Below are positions 49,230 to 59,468 of a stretch of DNA of 64,000 nt, piece after piece. The notes under the pieces were generated by a model. The model was not told the origin of the DNA. It ran no database searches and saw only the letters and a program-made list of their open reading frames with translations. Origin of the DNA: Verrucomicrobiota bacterium (GTDB lineage: Bacteria > Verrucomicrobiota > Verrucomicrobiia > Opitutales > Cerasicoccaceae); NCBI GenBank assembly GCA_039818205.1, contig JBCBUK010000012.1:32001-96000 (forward strand). Direction: 5' to 3'. Numbering within the stretch: position 1 is the stretch's first letter; each line of letters starts with the position of its first letter. A program made the translations under genes and the position numbers.

Positions 49230-49309
49230 AAAATTGGTCACAGTAACTATTCAGGCATCAAAAAACTCCCACCGCGGAAGCAATGGGAGTCGTCGCAAAT
49301 TGCATTCGC

Positions 49310-49570
49310 TTACTTGGCGCCAGCAAAGAGGAACTTAGAAACGGCGGCCTTGTTACGATTGGCGTTGTTCACGTGGATGATGTTACGCTTTGCAGCCTTA
49401 TCGAGGGCGGACGCGTACTCTGTTGCCAACTTCTTGGAGTCATCATTCACCTCTTCCAGAGAGCGGAGCTTCTTGGCCAAGGTGCGCAGACGGCTGCGGA
49501 CGGCGCGATTGCGGTCGGTCCGGGTTTCGGTCTTACGAATATACTTTTGGGCTTGTTTGGTGTTAGCCAT
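49310..49570 (-). CDS. rpsT: 30S ribosomal protein S20
   Basis: MANTKQAQK...RNRAVRSRLRT...LDKAAKRNIIHVNNANRNK. Confidence 0.97.
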   Translation of the reverse strand: MANTKQAQKYIRKTETRTDRNRAVRSRLRTLAKKLRSLEEVNDDSKKLATEYASALDKAAKRNIIHVNNANRNKAAVSKFLFAGAK

Positions 49571-49628
49571 GGATTGTGAAAGGATCTAATTTGGAAAAGC
49601 CGCTCAAAAAAGGCACTTTAAAGCGGTC

Positions 49629-49634
49629 TGTCAA
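49629..49634 (-). promoter_or_regulatory. Putative -35 element (TTGACA) of an rpsT promoter
   Basis: Perfect TTGACA about 60 nt upstream of the rpsT ATG; the -10 position reads TTTTTT, which is non-canonical. Confidence 0.35.
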
Positions 49635-49654
49635 TGAATAAAATGATGGTTTTC

Positions 49655-50028
49655 AGGAGGGATAAGCCGGATTTTGTCAGAACCAGAAAAATCTGGCCCC
49701 TGCTCTCATTCATCTGCGGGTCGAAACCCGATCTCGCCGAAGCGGGATGCGACTTACCCGGAGCCTTAGCGGGCGGGCTACCCGGCCCCCTACATAGTCT
49801 TGCATCGGAATGGGCTTGCCCTGCCACCTTGGTTACCCTCGGCGCGGTGAGCTCTTACCTCACCTTTTCACCCTTACCTCGACGAATCGAGGCGGTCTAT
49901 TCTCTGTGGCGCTATCCGTCAAACGGCGCTTAAACGCCGCCCGCCCCCACTTTCATGGGGAATCCTGCCCTATGATGTCCGGACTTTCCTCAACTGTCTC
50001 AAAGAACGGCTGCGAGAGCTTACCTCCC
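49655..50028 (-). ncRNA. rnpB: Ribonuclease P RNA (type A)
   Basis: Minus strand carries GAGGAAAGTCCGG (CR I), AGCGCCACAGAGAA (CR II), GGGTGAAAAGGTGAGGTAAGAGCTCACC and ACAAAATCCGGCTTAT (CR V); ends pair (GGGAGG/CCTCCT). Confidence 0.95.
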
Positions 50029-50221
50029 AAAAACCAAGCGGTAAGGATCAATGATAAAGGACAAAAAATCAATCCAATTCGAGCCACCAAGTGACTAAGC
50101 CCAGCCAGGAGACAACACCCATTGTGATTGCCAGATATGCCAAGTATTTTCGATTCAATCAGAAACAATATAGTTCGCGTAGTAAGAACAGATGGGGCCG
50201 TCTTAGCAAACGATCACCACC

Positions 50222-51205
50222 TTACTCCACATCCGCGTTCGCGAAGCGCGGGCCGAGACCGGCATTGGGGGCGATGGCGGGGACATAGAAACCCCAGCGC
50301 TTGCGGAGGTCGTGCACAATGTCGCCGACCCAGAAATGGGATCGCTTCCTTTTCGGGCTCGAACAGATGGTTTCCAGCTGCGGGAGTAAATAATCGTCGC
50401 GGAAGTATTTGGTGGGTTCGTTGTCCGGGAAGAAAGGAGCCTCGTGGTACTTCGCCTGTAGGTCCGGATCGCGGTCGACCTCCAGAACGTACTCCACTGC
50501 CGCCGCATCACTGTCAAAATCCGAGATATTGATGAAACTGGCCGGATTGAAGTCCTCAGCGACATCCGGATTGCCCCAGTAAATCGGGATGCAGCGCGCA
50601 GCCATGGCCTGATAAAGCTTCTCAGTGGTATAGCCACGCATTGCGTAGTTCTCCAGAGACAGGCAAAACCGGGCGCCGGATATGAAGGCATGCTTGTCAG
50701 CAACCGGCCCGCCCACGTTATTCAACGCTTTGCCACCAGAATCAACGTGGCGAGCGGCATGCAGCTTCTCAAAAAACGACCGGCGGCGCGCGGTCCGGCG
50801 TGCATTTACATTGGACACGACAAAGGCGCAAAAGCGTCTGCGCTCCCCACGGAGCTCAGCTTCCTCGGCGGCATCGCCGCGGATAAGTGGCTCGGCGCCC
50901 TGCCCAACCGTTACATAAAACGGCAAACGCAGGTTTCGAGGATCTGCCATTTCCCGAAATGTGAACGCATAGTCGCACGCCCGAAAATTGGGCACTCGGT
51001 CCTCAATAGCCACATATATCCTTTTGCAGTTAAATGATTGATGAACACCACCTTGACCATCCGAATAAAAGACAAAATCTGGCGAATCCGACAACTCAAC
51101 CGTGAAAAGCTTGCGCAGCTGCTGCATGAGGTAATGATTTTCGGGATCAAATGTCTCCCAGAAATCCACAAACGCTACCTTTACCGTTGGACGAACCGTT
51201 TCCAT
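50222..51205 (-). CDS. Glycosyltransferase family 10 (alpha-1,3/4-fucosyltransferase-like)
   Basis: FCAFVVSN, VDSGG, FCLSLEN...GYTTEKL...IPIYWG, FNPASFIN; start set at METVRP. Confidence 0.9.
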   Translation of the reverse strand: METVRPTVKVAFVDFWETFDPENHYLMQQLRKLFTVELSDSPDFVFYSDGQGGVHQSFNCKRIYVAIEDRVPNFRACDYAFTFREMADPRNLRLPFYVTVGQGAEPLIRGDAAEEAELRGERRRFCAFVVSNVNARRTARRRSFFEKLHAARHVDSGGKALNNVGGPVADKHAFISGARFCLSLENYAMRGYTTEKLYQAMAARCIPIYWGNPDVAEDFNPASFINISDFDSDAAAVEYVLEVDRDPDLQAKYHEAPFFPDNEPTKYFRDDYLLPQLETICSSPKRKRSHFWVGDIVHDLRKRWGFYVPAIAPNAGLGPRFANADVE

Positions 51206-51278
51206 GCAAAACGACGCATGAAAACCGGTTTCGCCAACGCCGCCAAGGGGGATTTTTAAGAAATGTAAAATTGCCACG

Positions 51279-52064
51279 ATGAAGGCACTCGACGACCTCA
51301 GGAAATCACTCGCGTGGCGCATCTTTCCCTGGGCCCGGCTCCAACTCGAGCTCGGACCTGGATGCACGGTCGTCCTGCGCAATCGCGGAGACTTTCTCAT
51401 CCTGCGAGAAATCTTTATCGAGCGCGAGTATGACCGCTTTCTTGAGGCCATCGGCCCGGTTCGTACATGGCTCGACCTTGGCTGCAACTGCGGCATGTTT
51501 AGCCTGCGTCTCGAAGCCATGGCCCAGACCAAGGGTTGGGGCGGCGAACGAACGGGAATTCTCATTGATGCGAACGCCGAGGCACTCTCGGCTGCACGGG
51601 AGGCGATTCGGCTAAGCTTGCCTGAGGCCAAGATGGAGCTGGTCGAAGCTGCCGTCGGCCCTAAAGGCCAGACGCACATTGACTTCTACGAGGGCAAGAC
51701 CTCCCACAAGTCGCGGCTTAGCTCACTTGGGTCGCGGGGAAAACGCGTGCGCCGCGAGGTGGCCGATCTGGAGGCACTAGTAAGTAAAATTGGACCGGCA
51801 ATCGACTTGATCAAAATCGATATTGAAGGGGCCGAAGCCCTACTCCTGGAGCATTGGTCGACGTGGCTGGCGGAGACCGCCAAGCACCTCCTTATCGAGT
51901 GGCATGAACCCGAACAACCGGGGGGTGAGCTCCTATCGAAACTCGGCGCACTTGGCTTCTCACTCGTCGATGCTCAATCGAAAACCGGCGCCGGAGAGGC
52001 CGCACTTGCGGCTCCGATCGGGACCGCCCTTTTCAGCAAAAGCGCCGACCGCCCGTACCGATAG
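51279..52064 (+). CDS. FkbM family SAM-dependent methyltransferase
   Basis: EIFIEREY, LDLGCNCGMFS, IDLIKIDIEGAE, IEWH. Confidence 0.88.
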   Translation: MKALDDLRKSLAWRIFPWARLQLELGPGCTVVLRNRGDFLILREIFIEREYDRFLEAIGPVRTWLDLGCNCGMFSLRLEAMAQTKGWGGERTGILIDANAEALSAAREAIRLSLPEAKMELVEAAVGPKGQTHIDFYEGKTSHKSRLSSLGSRGKRVRREVADLEALVSKIGPAIDLIKIDIEGAEALLLEHWSTWLAETAKHLLIEWHEPEQPGGELLSKLGALGFSLVDAQSKTGAGEAALAAPIGTALFSKSADRPYR

Positions 52065-52174
52065 TCGGGAAGCGAGCCCTTGGGCAATCCCGGCAGCGGA
52101 ACTAAATCCGCTAAAAAAAGTCCTTTGATTTGGGCTCAATTGCGTTAAGTTAAACGGCTTTCCTTTTTTCAAAA

Positions 52175-52816
52175 ATGAGCAGCGAGACACAAAAACCAAT
52201 CGACGAAGAAGCATCAACGGCCCCAGCGGTCGAAGAAACGCCAACCGATGAAGCGACTGACGCTTCCGGAGCGGCTGTCGTGGATGAATCCGACACGGGC
52301 GCATTGCTCGAGCAAATCGAGAAGTTGCAAATCGAGCTCAACGAGCAAAAAGAGCGCAATCTGCGGTCCGTTGCCGACCTCGACAACTTCCGCCGCCGCG
52401 TTGCGCGCGAGAAGGACGACCTGCGCAAGCGTGTTGAGGCCGATGTGATTGAAGACCTGCTACCTGCCATGGACAATTTCCAGATTGGCCTTGAGCACGC
52501 TGCCAAAGCCCAGTCGGGTGCCGACGTGGCAAAGGGGTTCGAATTTATCGTCACCCAGATCCAGGGCATTCTTGAGCAGCGGGGCCTTACCCAGGTTGCT
52601 CCGAAGGTCGGGGATGAATTTAACCACCACCAGCACGACGCGGTTGGTCACGAGGTTAGCGATGAAATCCCAGATCACCACATCCTTAAAGTGATGCGAG
52701 CCGGCTATCAGTTAAAAGATCGTCTATTGCGCCCGGCCTCTGTGACTGTCTCTTCAGGCCCGGCTAATAATGCCGATAATGCCGAGTCGACCGACGAGAA
52801 GCCTGCTGATTCCTAA
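52175..52816 (+). CDS. grpE: Nucleotide exchange factor GrpE
   Basis: [33 protein letters not shown]. Confidence 0.96.
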   Translation: MSSETQKPIDEEASTAPAVEETPTDEATDASGAAVVDESDTGALLEQIEKLQIELNEQKERNLRSVADLDNFRRRVAREKDDLRKRVEADVIEDLLPAMDNFQIGLEHAAKAQSGADVAKGFEFIVTQIQGILEQRGLTQVAPKVGDEFNHHQHDAVGHEVSDEIPDHHILKVMRAGYQLKDRLLRPASVTVSSGPANNADNAESTDEKPADS

Positions 52817-52836
52817 TCTGCCTGCCCAATTTTACC

Positions 52837-53991
52837 ATGCCGACTTCCCAAGATTATTACGAGCTGCTAGGGGTTGCACGAGACGCCTCAGCAGACGAAA
52901 TCAAGAAGGCCTACCGAAAAATGGCCGTCAAGTATCACCCGGACAAGAATCCGGGCAATCAGGAGGCTGAAGACAAATTTAAGGAAGTCTCGGAAGCTTA
53001 TGAAGCCTTGAAGGACCCTGACAAACGGGCCGCCTACGACCGCTATGGCCACGCCGCCTTCCAAGGCGCGGGTGCAGGCGCCGGTGGCCGCGGCGCTGGA
53101 GGCTTCCACGATCCGTTCGACGTTTTCCGCGAAGTATTCGGCCAAGGCCAAGGTGGCGGCGGTAGCGGCATCTTCGAGGAGTTTTTCGGTGGCGGTGGCG
53201 GCCAGCGCGGTGGACCCACTCGCGGTGACGACCTACGCTACGACTTGGAAATCTCCCTGGAAGAAGCAGCCGAAGGCGTTGAGAAAGAGATCAGCTATCG
53301 ACGCCACACCAGCTGCAGCACCTGTAAGGGTTCTGGAGCAGCGGCGGGTAGCTCACGGGTGACTTGTTCGACTTGTGGCGGCGCAGGCCAGGTCATTTCC
53401 TCGCGCGGCTTTTTCCAGGTCCGCCAAGCCTGCCCGACTTGCCATGGCCAAGGCACTACCGTGGACAATCCTTGCGAATCGTGCACCGGGACCGGTGTCC
53501 AGGTCAAGGAGCACAAAGTCAAAGTGCGCGTTCCGCCTGGCGTAGATACCGGATCCAAGTTGCGCTCCCGCGAAAACGGCGAAGCCGGCTCGCAGGGTGG
53601 CCCCTACGGCGACCTGTATATCGTGTTGCACATCCGCGAGCACGAGATTTTTGAGCGCCACGAAGACAATCTTTACTGTGTCATTCCCATTAAGTTCACC
53701 CTCGCAGCACTTGGCGGAACGATCGAAGTTCCCACGCTGAAGGGTCGCGCATCGCTAAAAATTCCGCCCGGCACGCAAGGCGGCACCAAATTCCGCCTCC
53801 GTGGCAAAGGTTTGCCTTCTCTGCGTGGCAATCACGTCGGTGACCAAATCGTCCGGGTCGAAATTGAAGTCCCCAAAAAGCTATCCGGTTCGGAACGCGA
53901 AGCCTTGGAAAACTTCGCCGAGATCTGCGGGGACGCCGACGAGCCCGTCGAAAAATCTTTTTTCGACAAAGCCAAGAAGTGGTTTGAATGA
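52837..53991 (+). CDS. dnaJ: Chaperone DnaJ
   Basis: J domain with HPD, G/F region, four CxxCxGxG repeats. Confidence 0.98.
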   Translation: MPTSQDYYELLGVARDASADEIKKAYRKMAVKYHPDKNPGNQEAEDKFKEVSEAYEALKDPDKRAAYDRYGHAAFQGAGAGAGGRGAGGFHDPFDVFREVFGQGQGGGGSGIFEEFFGGGGGQRGGPTRGDDLRYDLEISLEEAAEGVEKEISYRRHTSCSTCKGSGAAAGSSRVTCSTCGGAGQVISSRGFFQVRQACPTCHGQGTTVDNPCESCTGTGVQVKEHKVKVRVPPGVDTGSKLRSRENGEAGSQGGPYGDLYIVLHIREHEIFERHEDNLYCVIPIKFTLAALGGTIEVPTLKGRASLKIPPGTQGGTKFRLRGKGLPSLRGNHVGDQIVRVEIEVPKKLSGSEREALENFAEICGDADEPVEKSFFDKAKKWFE

Positions 53992-54497
53992 GCATTACGG
54001 ACCTCCCCAATAAGTCTTGGCGCAGCCTGGATGAAGCGGTCAAGCGACGCAAAGAGTTGCGTTCGCGGGGTAAGCGCATCGTCCTAACCAATGGCTGCTT
54101 CGACTTGATGCATACCGGTCACGTCTACTTCCTCCGTGAGGCCGCCAAACTTGGAGACGCGCTTATTGTTGCGCTTAACAGCGACGAAAGCGTCAAAGAA
54201 CTGAAGGGCCCGACCCGCCCGGTCCAATCCACCATTGAGCGGGCCTACCTCTTGGGTAATTTGGAGATTGTCGATACGATTATCTCCTTCGAAACCCCGC
54301 GCCTGACCGCTGAGATTGAAGCTTTAAAGCCCGACGTCTACGCGAAGGCAGGCGACTACACCCTGGAGACACTGAACCCTGAGGAGCGCGCCGCACTTGA
54401 AAAGAATGGTGCTGTCATTCAGTTCATGCCATTTTTACGCGGATATTCGACGACGTCTTTGATTGCCAAGATCAACGCAGCCGCCAACACTTTTTAA
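53988..54497 (+). CDS. Cytidylyl/adenylyltransferase, RfaE domain II type (ADP-heptose synthesis-like)
   Basis: [37 protein letters not shown]. Confidence 0.9.
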   Translation: MSITDLPNKSWRSLDEAVKRRKELRSRGKRIVLTNGCFDLMHTGHVYFLREAAKLGDALIVALNSDESVKELKGPTRPVQSTIERAYLLGNLEIVDTIISFETPRLTAEIEALKPDVYAKAGDYTLETLNPEERAALEKNGAVIQFMPFLRGYSTTSLIAKINAAANTF

Positions 54498-54512
54498 AAG
54501 AACCAGCAATTT

Positions 54513-55109
54513 ATGTATCGCGTCGCCATACTTGGATCAGGTCGCGGCAGCAATGCCGAAGCAATCTTACGCGCTCAGGAAGACGGGCGCCTTGGTCCTG
54601 CCCAGGTACTGGGGATCTTTTCTGATCAGCAGCACGCGCGCATCTTGAAGCTCGGGCCAGAGTTCGAAACTCCAAGTCTCTACCTCGATCCCGGCCCCTT
54701 CAAAACGAAGTTTACGCCAGATGCCGAAACGCACTGGGCCAACGTCATCGAATCCATTTCTCCGGATCTCGTGGTTCTCGCCGGATTTATGCGTGTTTTA
54801 AAGGCACCGCTACTCGAAACCTTTGCGGGTCGCATCATTAACCTCCACCCGAGCCTCCTGCCGCAGTTCCCTGGCTTGAACGCGATCCAGCAGGCCTATG
54901 ATGCGGGCATTGAGGAAACTGGTTGCACTGTTCATTGGGTCAATTCGGAGATCGATGGAGGCAAGATTATCGACCAGGCGCGCGTGCCGATCGTCAAGGG
55001 CGAAAGCCTTGAGGAGCTGGAGGAACGCGTCCATTTTGCCGAACATGCACTCCTGACGAAGGTCGTCCGCAAATTAGCCGAGGAGGCCTACTTTAGCGTG
55101 CGCCACTAG
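54513..55109 (+). CDS. purN: Phosphoribosylglycinamide formyltransferase
   Basis: SGRGSN, LAGFMR, INLHPSLLPQFPG, GCTVHWV, DGG. Confidence 0.96.
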   Translation: MYRVAILGSGRGSNAEAILRAQEDGRLGPAQVLGIFSDQQHARILKLGPEFETPSLYLDPGPFKTKFTPDAETHWANVIESISPDLVVLAGFMRVLKAPLLETFAGRIINLHPSLLPQFPGLNAIQQAYDAGIEETGCTVHWVNSEIDGGKIIDQARVPIVKGESLEELEERVHFAEHALLTKVVRKLAEEAYFSVRH

Positions 55110-55117
55110 CCTTTCCC

Positions 55118-56011
55118 ATGCACGAAGTCTCCTGTCCTGTCGATTCGGCCTGCGCCGAACAATTAGAAGCGTATTTTTGCGAGTACGTTCGTTCGAACTG
55201 GAGCCTGCTCAAAATTCGCGATCAGGATCCCTACACCTTGCAAGGGTTCTTTGAAGACAAAGCGGATGCCGAGCGCGAATTTGCCGAGCTTAAAGCCCAG
55301 TTCCCTGACCTGACCGACGCACCCAATTGGCGGGAATTCGACGACCAGGAATGGCAGAATGCCTACAAGGCATTCATTGAACCCTGGGCCTACGGCGATC
55401 TGCATTGGGTTCCAGTCTGGCGGCGCGACGACTACCCTTTGCCGGATGGCGAAACCGCCGTCTACCTCGATGCCGGGATGGCTTTTGGAACGGGCAGCCA
55501 TGAAACGACTCGACTCATGGCCCGACGACTCCTCGACTTCCGTGAGAAGCGGTCAACCTTTGCCGATCTTAAAGTAATCGATGCCGGATGTGGTTCGGGC
55601 ATCCTCGCCATCTCGGCTGCTCGCCTTGGCTGCGACGCCGTCTACGCCTTCGACCGCGACCCTGAAGCCGTAAGGGTCAGTATCGAGAATCGGGCCTTCA
55701 ACGACTTGGCTGATGAATCCATTGAATTTGCCGATGCCGGGCTTGAGGACGGCCTTGCTGACCGTGAGGCGGAACTGATTCTGGCCAACATTCAAGCGGA
55801 TGTCTTGAAGATCCATGCAGAATCTCTGGTCCAAGCGACCGCGGCGACGGGCGTTCTGGCACTCAGCGGAATTCTCGCGGAGGAAGTCGACACCGTTCGC
55901 GAAGCCTTCGCGCCACTAGCTGCCGAAAAATGGGGCGAATATCGCGTCGATTCCCGCGTTGACGGCGAATGGTGCGACCTGGTTTTCTGCCAACAAAACG
56001 AGCCACTTTAA
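55118..56011 (+). CDS. prmA: Ribosomal protein L11 methyltransferase
   Basis: GMAFGTGSHETT, DAGCGSGIL, ANI, LSGIL. Confidence 0.93.
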   Translation: MHEVSCPVDSACAEQLEAYFCEYVRSNWSLLKIRDQDPYTLQGFFEDKADAEREFAELKAQFPDLTDAPNWREFDDQEWQNAYKAFIEPWAYGDLHWVPVWRRDDYPLPDGETAVYLDAGMAFGTGSHETTRLMARRLLDFREKRSTFADLKVIDAGCGSGILAISAARLGCDAVYAFDRDPEAVRVSIENRAFNDLADESIEFADAGLEDGLADREAELILANIQADVLKIHAESLVQATAATGVLALSGILAEEVDTVREAFAPLAAEKWGEYRVDSRVDGEWCDLVFCQQNEPL

Positions 56012-56031
56012 GCGACGACCAGAAAAGACCC

Positions 56032-57255
56032 ATGGCGATGCCACGCAAATACCACGAACCGATTGATGCCCCAGCTGGAAGCTTTGCTGAGGCCTTTGCT
56101 CGTCTGCCCCTGAACCAGCTAACCGAGCAGGCCTACTCGACCGATGCCGCTCGTGTGGATACCATTCTCAAGCGTGGGCAGGCACGGACACTGGAGGATT
56201 TCGCCGCGTTGATCTCACCGGCGGGCACGGAGCGTCTCGAAGCTCTTGCCGCACACTCCCAGCAGATTACCCAACGAAACTTTGGCAAAGCAATCCGCCT
56301 GTTTGCTCCGATGTATTTGTCCAATGAATGCGTGAATGTTTGCAAATATTGCGGCTTCTCGCGGCACAACGACATCCCCCGCATAACCATTCCCGTTGGT
56401 AAGGTCGAGGAGCAGTCTAGGATGCTTAAACGACAGGGATTTCGCTCGCTGCTGCTTGTGGCTGGTGAGCATCCGAAGTGGGTTTCTAACGGCTACGTCG
56501 AAGATTGCATCCGCAAAACACTTCCCCACATGCCGGCCATCAGCATCGAACTCGGCCCGATGGAAGCGGAAGAGTATCGGCCATTGGTTAGTGCCGGAGC
56601 CGAAGCGCTGATTGTCTATCAGGAAACGTACCATCAACCGACCTACGAGGAGCTCCATACGGCGGGACCGAAAAAGTATTTTGCATGGCGGATGGACACC
56701 CCTGAACGCGGCTATGCCGCTGGATTCCGCCGACTGGGCATCGGGGCGCTCTTGGGACTGCATGATTGGCGTTACGAAGCCTTAGCGGTGGCCGCTCACG
56801 CCCAGTTTCTCCTGCGCAAGTGCTGGAAGGCACAAGTCTCAGTCAGCCTGCCACGCATGCGCCCGGCGGCGGGTGGATGGCAGCCCAATCCGGAATATTC
56901 GATGAGCGACCGTGAGCTTGTGCAAACCATTTGCGCACTACGGATGCTTTTGCCCCACGTTGGTGTCACGCTTTCAACTCGGGAGCCTCCGGCGTTGCGC
57001 AATGGCTTAGTTCCGCTCGGTGTTACCTTGATGAGCGCCGGAAGTTCCACGGAGCCCGGCGGCTACGATCATTTTGACGAATCCCAATGGACGCCGACTC
57101 GGGAGCAACCGGGCGAGCAGTTCAACATCGCCGACGAGCGTTCCCCTGGCGCCATTGCAGCGATGATCCGTAGTCAGGGATACGAGGCCGTCTGGAAGGA
57201 CTTCGACCAAGCCTTGGTATCCGACAGTTCAATGGCCAAGCCCGTCGAAGCCTAA
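56032..57255 (+). CDS. thiH: 2-iminoacetate synthase (radical SAM)
   Basis: APMYLSNECVNVCKYCGF, VYQETY, SLPRMRP, LSTRE, SAGSSTEPGGY, QFNIADER. Confidence 0.92.
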   Translation: MAMPRKYHEPIDAPAGSFAEAFARLPLNQLTEQAYSTDAARVDTILKRGQARTLEDFAALISPAGTERLEALAAHSQQITQRNFGKAIRLFAPMYLSNECVNVCKYCGFSRHNDIPRITIPVGKVEEQSRMLKRQGFRSLLLVAGEHPKWVSNGYVEDCIRKTLPHMPAISIELGPMEAEEYRPLVSAGAEALIVYQETYHQPTYEELHTAGPKKYFAWRMDTPERGYAAGFRRLGIGALLGLHDWRYEALAVAAHAQFLLRKCWKAQVSVSLPRMRPAAGGWQPNPEYSMSDRELVQTICALRMLLPHVGVTLSTREPPALRNGLVPLGVTLMSAGSSTEPGGYDHFDESQWTPTREQPGEQFNIADERSPGAIAAMIRSQGYEAVWKDFDQALVSDSSMAKPVEA

Positions 57256-58049
57256 GACAAAATCGCGCGATTGAGTTTGCCGGACACGAATCCTTCTTCG
57301 TCGATCTCAACTCGCTTAAACCCGACATCACTGAAGTCGGATTGGATCTGCTCCAAGTGGCTCTTCAGTTCCGTAAGGCGGTCCTGAGGCGCCTCGATCC
57401 GGGCAAGCTCGCCAAAGTGGCGAACTCGGTTGATGGGGAAGCCCATTGAGGTCAGTACGGCCTCCGCCCGCTCGATTTGCTTGAGTTTTTCGAAGGTAAT
57501 TCGTTCGCCGTAGGGAACTCGCGAGGCTAGGCAAGGGCTCGCTGGTTTATCCCAGCAGGCTAGCTTGAAGTGCACCGCGATCTCGCGAACATCTGCCTTG
57601 TTCAATCCGCATTCTAGTAGCGGCGAGCGCACTTTAAACTCGGACGCCGCCTTCATCCCAGGCCGGTAGTCACCGGAATCATCCGCATTGGCGCCATTCA
57701 AGATCCACCAATCCGGGTAGCGCTGCTGGATTCCCGCAATATCGTCGTAGAGTGTATGCTTACAAAAGTAGCAGCGATTCTCGGGATTGTTGAAATAGTT
57801 GGGGTTTTCCAGCTCCCCGGTAATGATTACTTCCAGCGGAATGTCATGCTCTCGAGCAAAATCTCGGGCAAGCTCCAGGTCCGAAAGTTTGAGCGCGGGC
57901 GAAGCTGACGTTACCGCAAGAGCCCGATCCCGGGACAAGAAATGCCGAGCCAAAAAGGCGACCAAGGAGCTATCAACGCCGCCAGAGAATGCCACCAACG
58001 CGCCTGGGCACTCGGAAAACCAATTTTTAAGCGCGTCTAGGTGTTGCAT
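57252..58049 (-). CDS. larE: NPN cofactor sulfur insertase LarE
   Basis: PP-loop SGGVDS, RCYFCK, DYRPG, WDKPASPCLASRVPYG, RVRH. Confidence 0.93.
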   Translation of the reverse strand: MQHLDALKNWFSECPGALVAFSGGVDSSLVAFLARHFLSRDRALAVTSASPALKLSDLELARDFAREHDIPLEVIITGELENPNYFNNPENRCYFCKHTLYDDIAGIQQRYPDWWILNGANADDSGDYRPGMKAASEFKVRSPLLECGLNKADVREIAVHFKLACWDKPASPCLASRVPYGERITFEKLKQIERAEAVLTSMGFPINRVRHFGELARIEAPQDRLTELKSHLEQIQSDFSDVGFKRVEIDEEGFVSGKLNRAILS

Positions 58050-58124
58050 GAACGATCATCATAGATTTGTTTTGCGAACTGTCAACCGGGACACCCATTC
58101 GATCCGACCCGAACTTTTTTGACT

Positions 58125-59468
58125 ATGCGAACCCTCTACTATCAATGCCCCGCTGGTATCAGCGGTGACATGAATCTCGGCGCCATGGTCGCTCTGGGTG
58201 TGGACCCAGCTCGACTGGAAAGTGAACTCCAGAAAATATCGCTCGATGGCTGGTCTATCGCGTTTAGCAATGACGTACGCGGTGGGATCACCGGTATCCG
58301 CTGCGATGTCGTCCTCGACGAATCGGGGGAGCATTCCCACGAGCATGCTCATACCCATACCCATGAGCACAAACATGGAGATCATAGCCACAGTCACGAG
58401 CACGAACATGGAGATCATGGCCACTCACATTCCCACGATCACGGAGACGGGCATTCTCATAGTCACGGACTTGGGCATCATCATCGGACGTTTCGCGACA
58501 TCTGTGAAATGATTGAAGCCTCCGAATTGGACAACGCCATAAAAGCCGACGCAATTGCTGTTTTTGAATCGCTTGCCAAGGCCGAAGGGGCCGTCCACGG
58601 AATGCCGCCCGAAGCGGTACATTTCCACGAGGTTGGGGCCGTTGACTCGATTATCGATATCGTCGGCGCCGCAATTTGCTGGGAGCTACTAGGGATCGAC
58701 CAGGTGAGCTGCGGCACCCTCGAGCTTGGTGGCGGAACGGTGCAGTGTGCACACGGGCGCATGCCGGTGCCCGCTCCTGCGACCGCTAAGCTCGTGCAAG
58801 ACTTACCCGTATCCATAGGCGCAACTAACAAGGAGGCAACCACGCCGACTGGTGCGGCCCTGCTTGTGGGCAAGAGTGCGCAGTTTGGCCTGAGAATCAG
58901 TGGCAAGCAGGTCGCCAATGGCGTCGGCATTGGGCAACGCCAAGACCCCAATCTTTCCAACGTCGTTTATGCCTCGATCATTGAGTCCGACGAGGCAACC
59001 GACACCCAAGACACCGTAACCGAGTTAGCCGCGAACCTCGACGACATGACCAGTGAGGCAGTCGCGTTCCTGTGCGATCGCTTGCTGGACGCGGGCGCAT
59101 TGGACGTTTGGCAAAGCGCCGCGACCTTCAAAAAAGGCCGCGCCGGGTTTATCGTGCACGCACTCGCTGACTCGCAATCAATTGACACCATTGAGGAAGT
59201 CTTTTTCGCCCACAGCACGACTTTGGGCATTCGCCAGCAAGAGTGGCACCGCGCCAAACTCCAGCGAGAGACCATCGAGGTCGAAACCGAATGGGGCCCG
59301 GTGCGCATCAAGCAAGCAATGCGCGATGGCGAGGTCGTCCGGGTTAAGCCGGAGTTCGAAGACTGCAAGCGGATCGCAGAGGAGCAGGGAATTTCACTGA
59401 TGCACTTTCAGCAATTGCTGGCATCTCAGTTATTTGAATATGTCGATGAGGAGGAAGATGATGGCTGA
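58125..59468 (+). CDS. larC: NPN cofactor nickel insertase LarC
   Basis: GISGDM, His-rich tract, AEGAVHG...VHFHEVGAVDSIIDI, AHGRMPVPAPAT, NLDD, KKGR, KPEFED. Confidence 0.95.
   Translation: MRTLYYQCPAGISGDMNLGAMVALGVDPARLESELQKISLDGWSIAFSNDVRGGITGIRCDVVLDESGEHSHEHAHTHTHEHKHGDHSHSHEHEHGDHGHSHSHDHGDGHSHSHGLGHHHRTFRDICEMIEASELDNAIKADAIAVFESLAKAEGAVHGMPPEAVHFHEVGAVDSIIDIVGAAICWELLGIDQVSCGTLELGGGTVQCAHGRMPVPAPATAKLVQDLPVSIGATNKEATTPTGAALLVGKSAQFGLRISGKQVANGVGIGQRQDPNLSNVVYASIIESDEATDTQDTVTELAANLDDMTSEAVAFLCDRLLDAGALDVWQSAATFKKGRAGFIVHALADSQSIDTIEEVFFAHSTTLGIRQQEWHRAKLQRETIEVETEWGPVRIKQAMRDGEVVRVKPEFEDCKRIAEEQGISLMHFQQLLASQLFEYVDEEEDDG

Noticed and set aside
49618..50168. Several short ORFs in the rpsT-GT10 gap
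   Set aside because: The region is explained by the RNase P RNA and its upstream promoter region
51206..51679. N-terminal extension of the 485-aa ORF 50222..51679
   Set aside because: It overlaps the FkbM gene on the opposite strand; GT10-like sequence begins only at METVRP (51205)
52065..52174. CIRCE operator upstream of grpE
   Set aside because: No TTAGCACTC-N9-GAGTGCTAA match
56032..58049. thiH as a functional part of the lar system
   Set aside because: It is convergent with larE and ends a separate operon; the sequence looks like an ordinary ThiH
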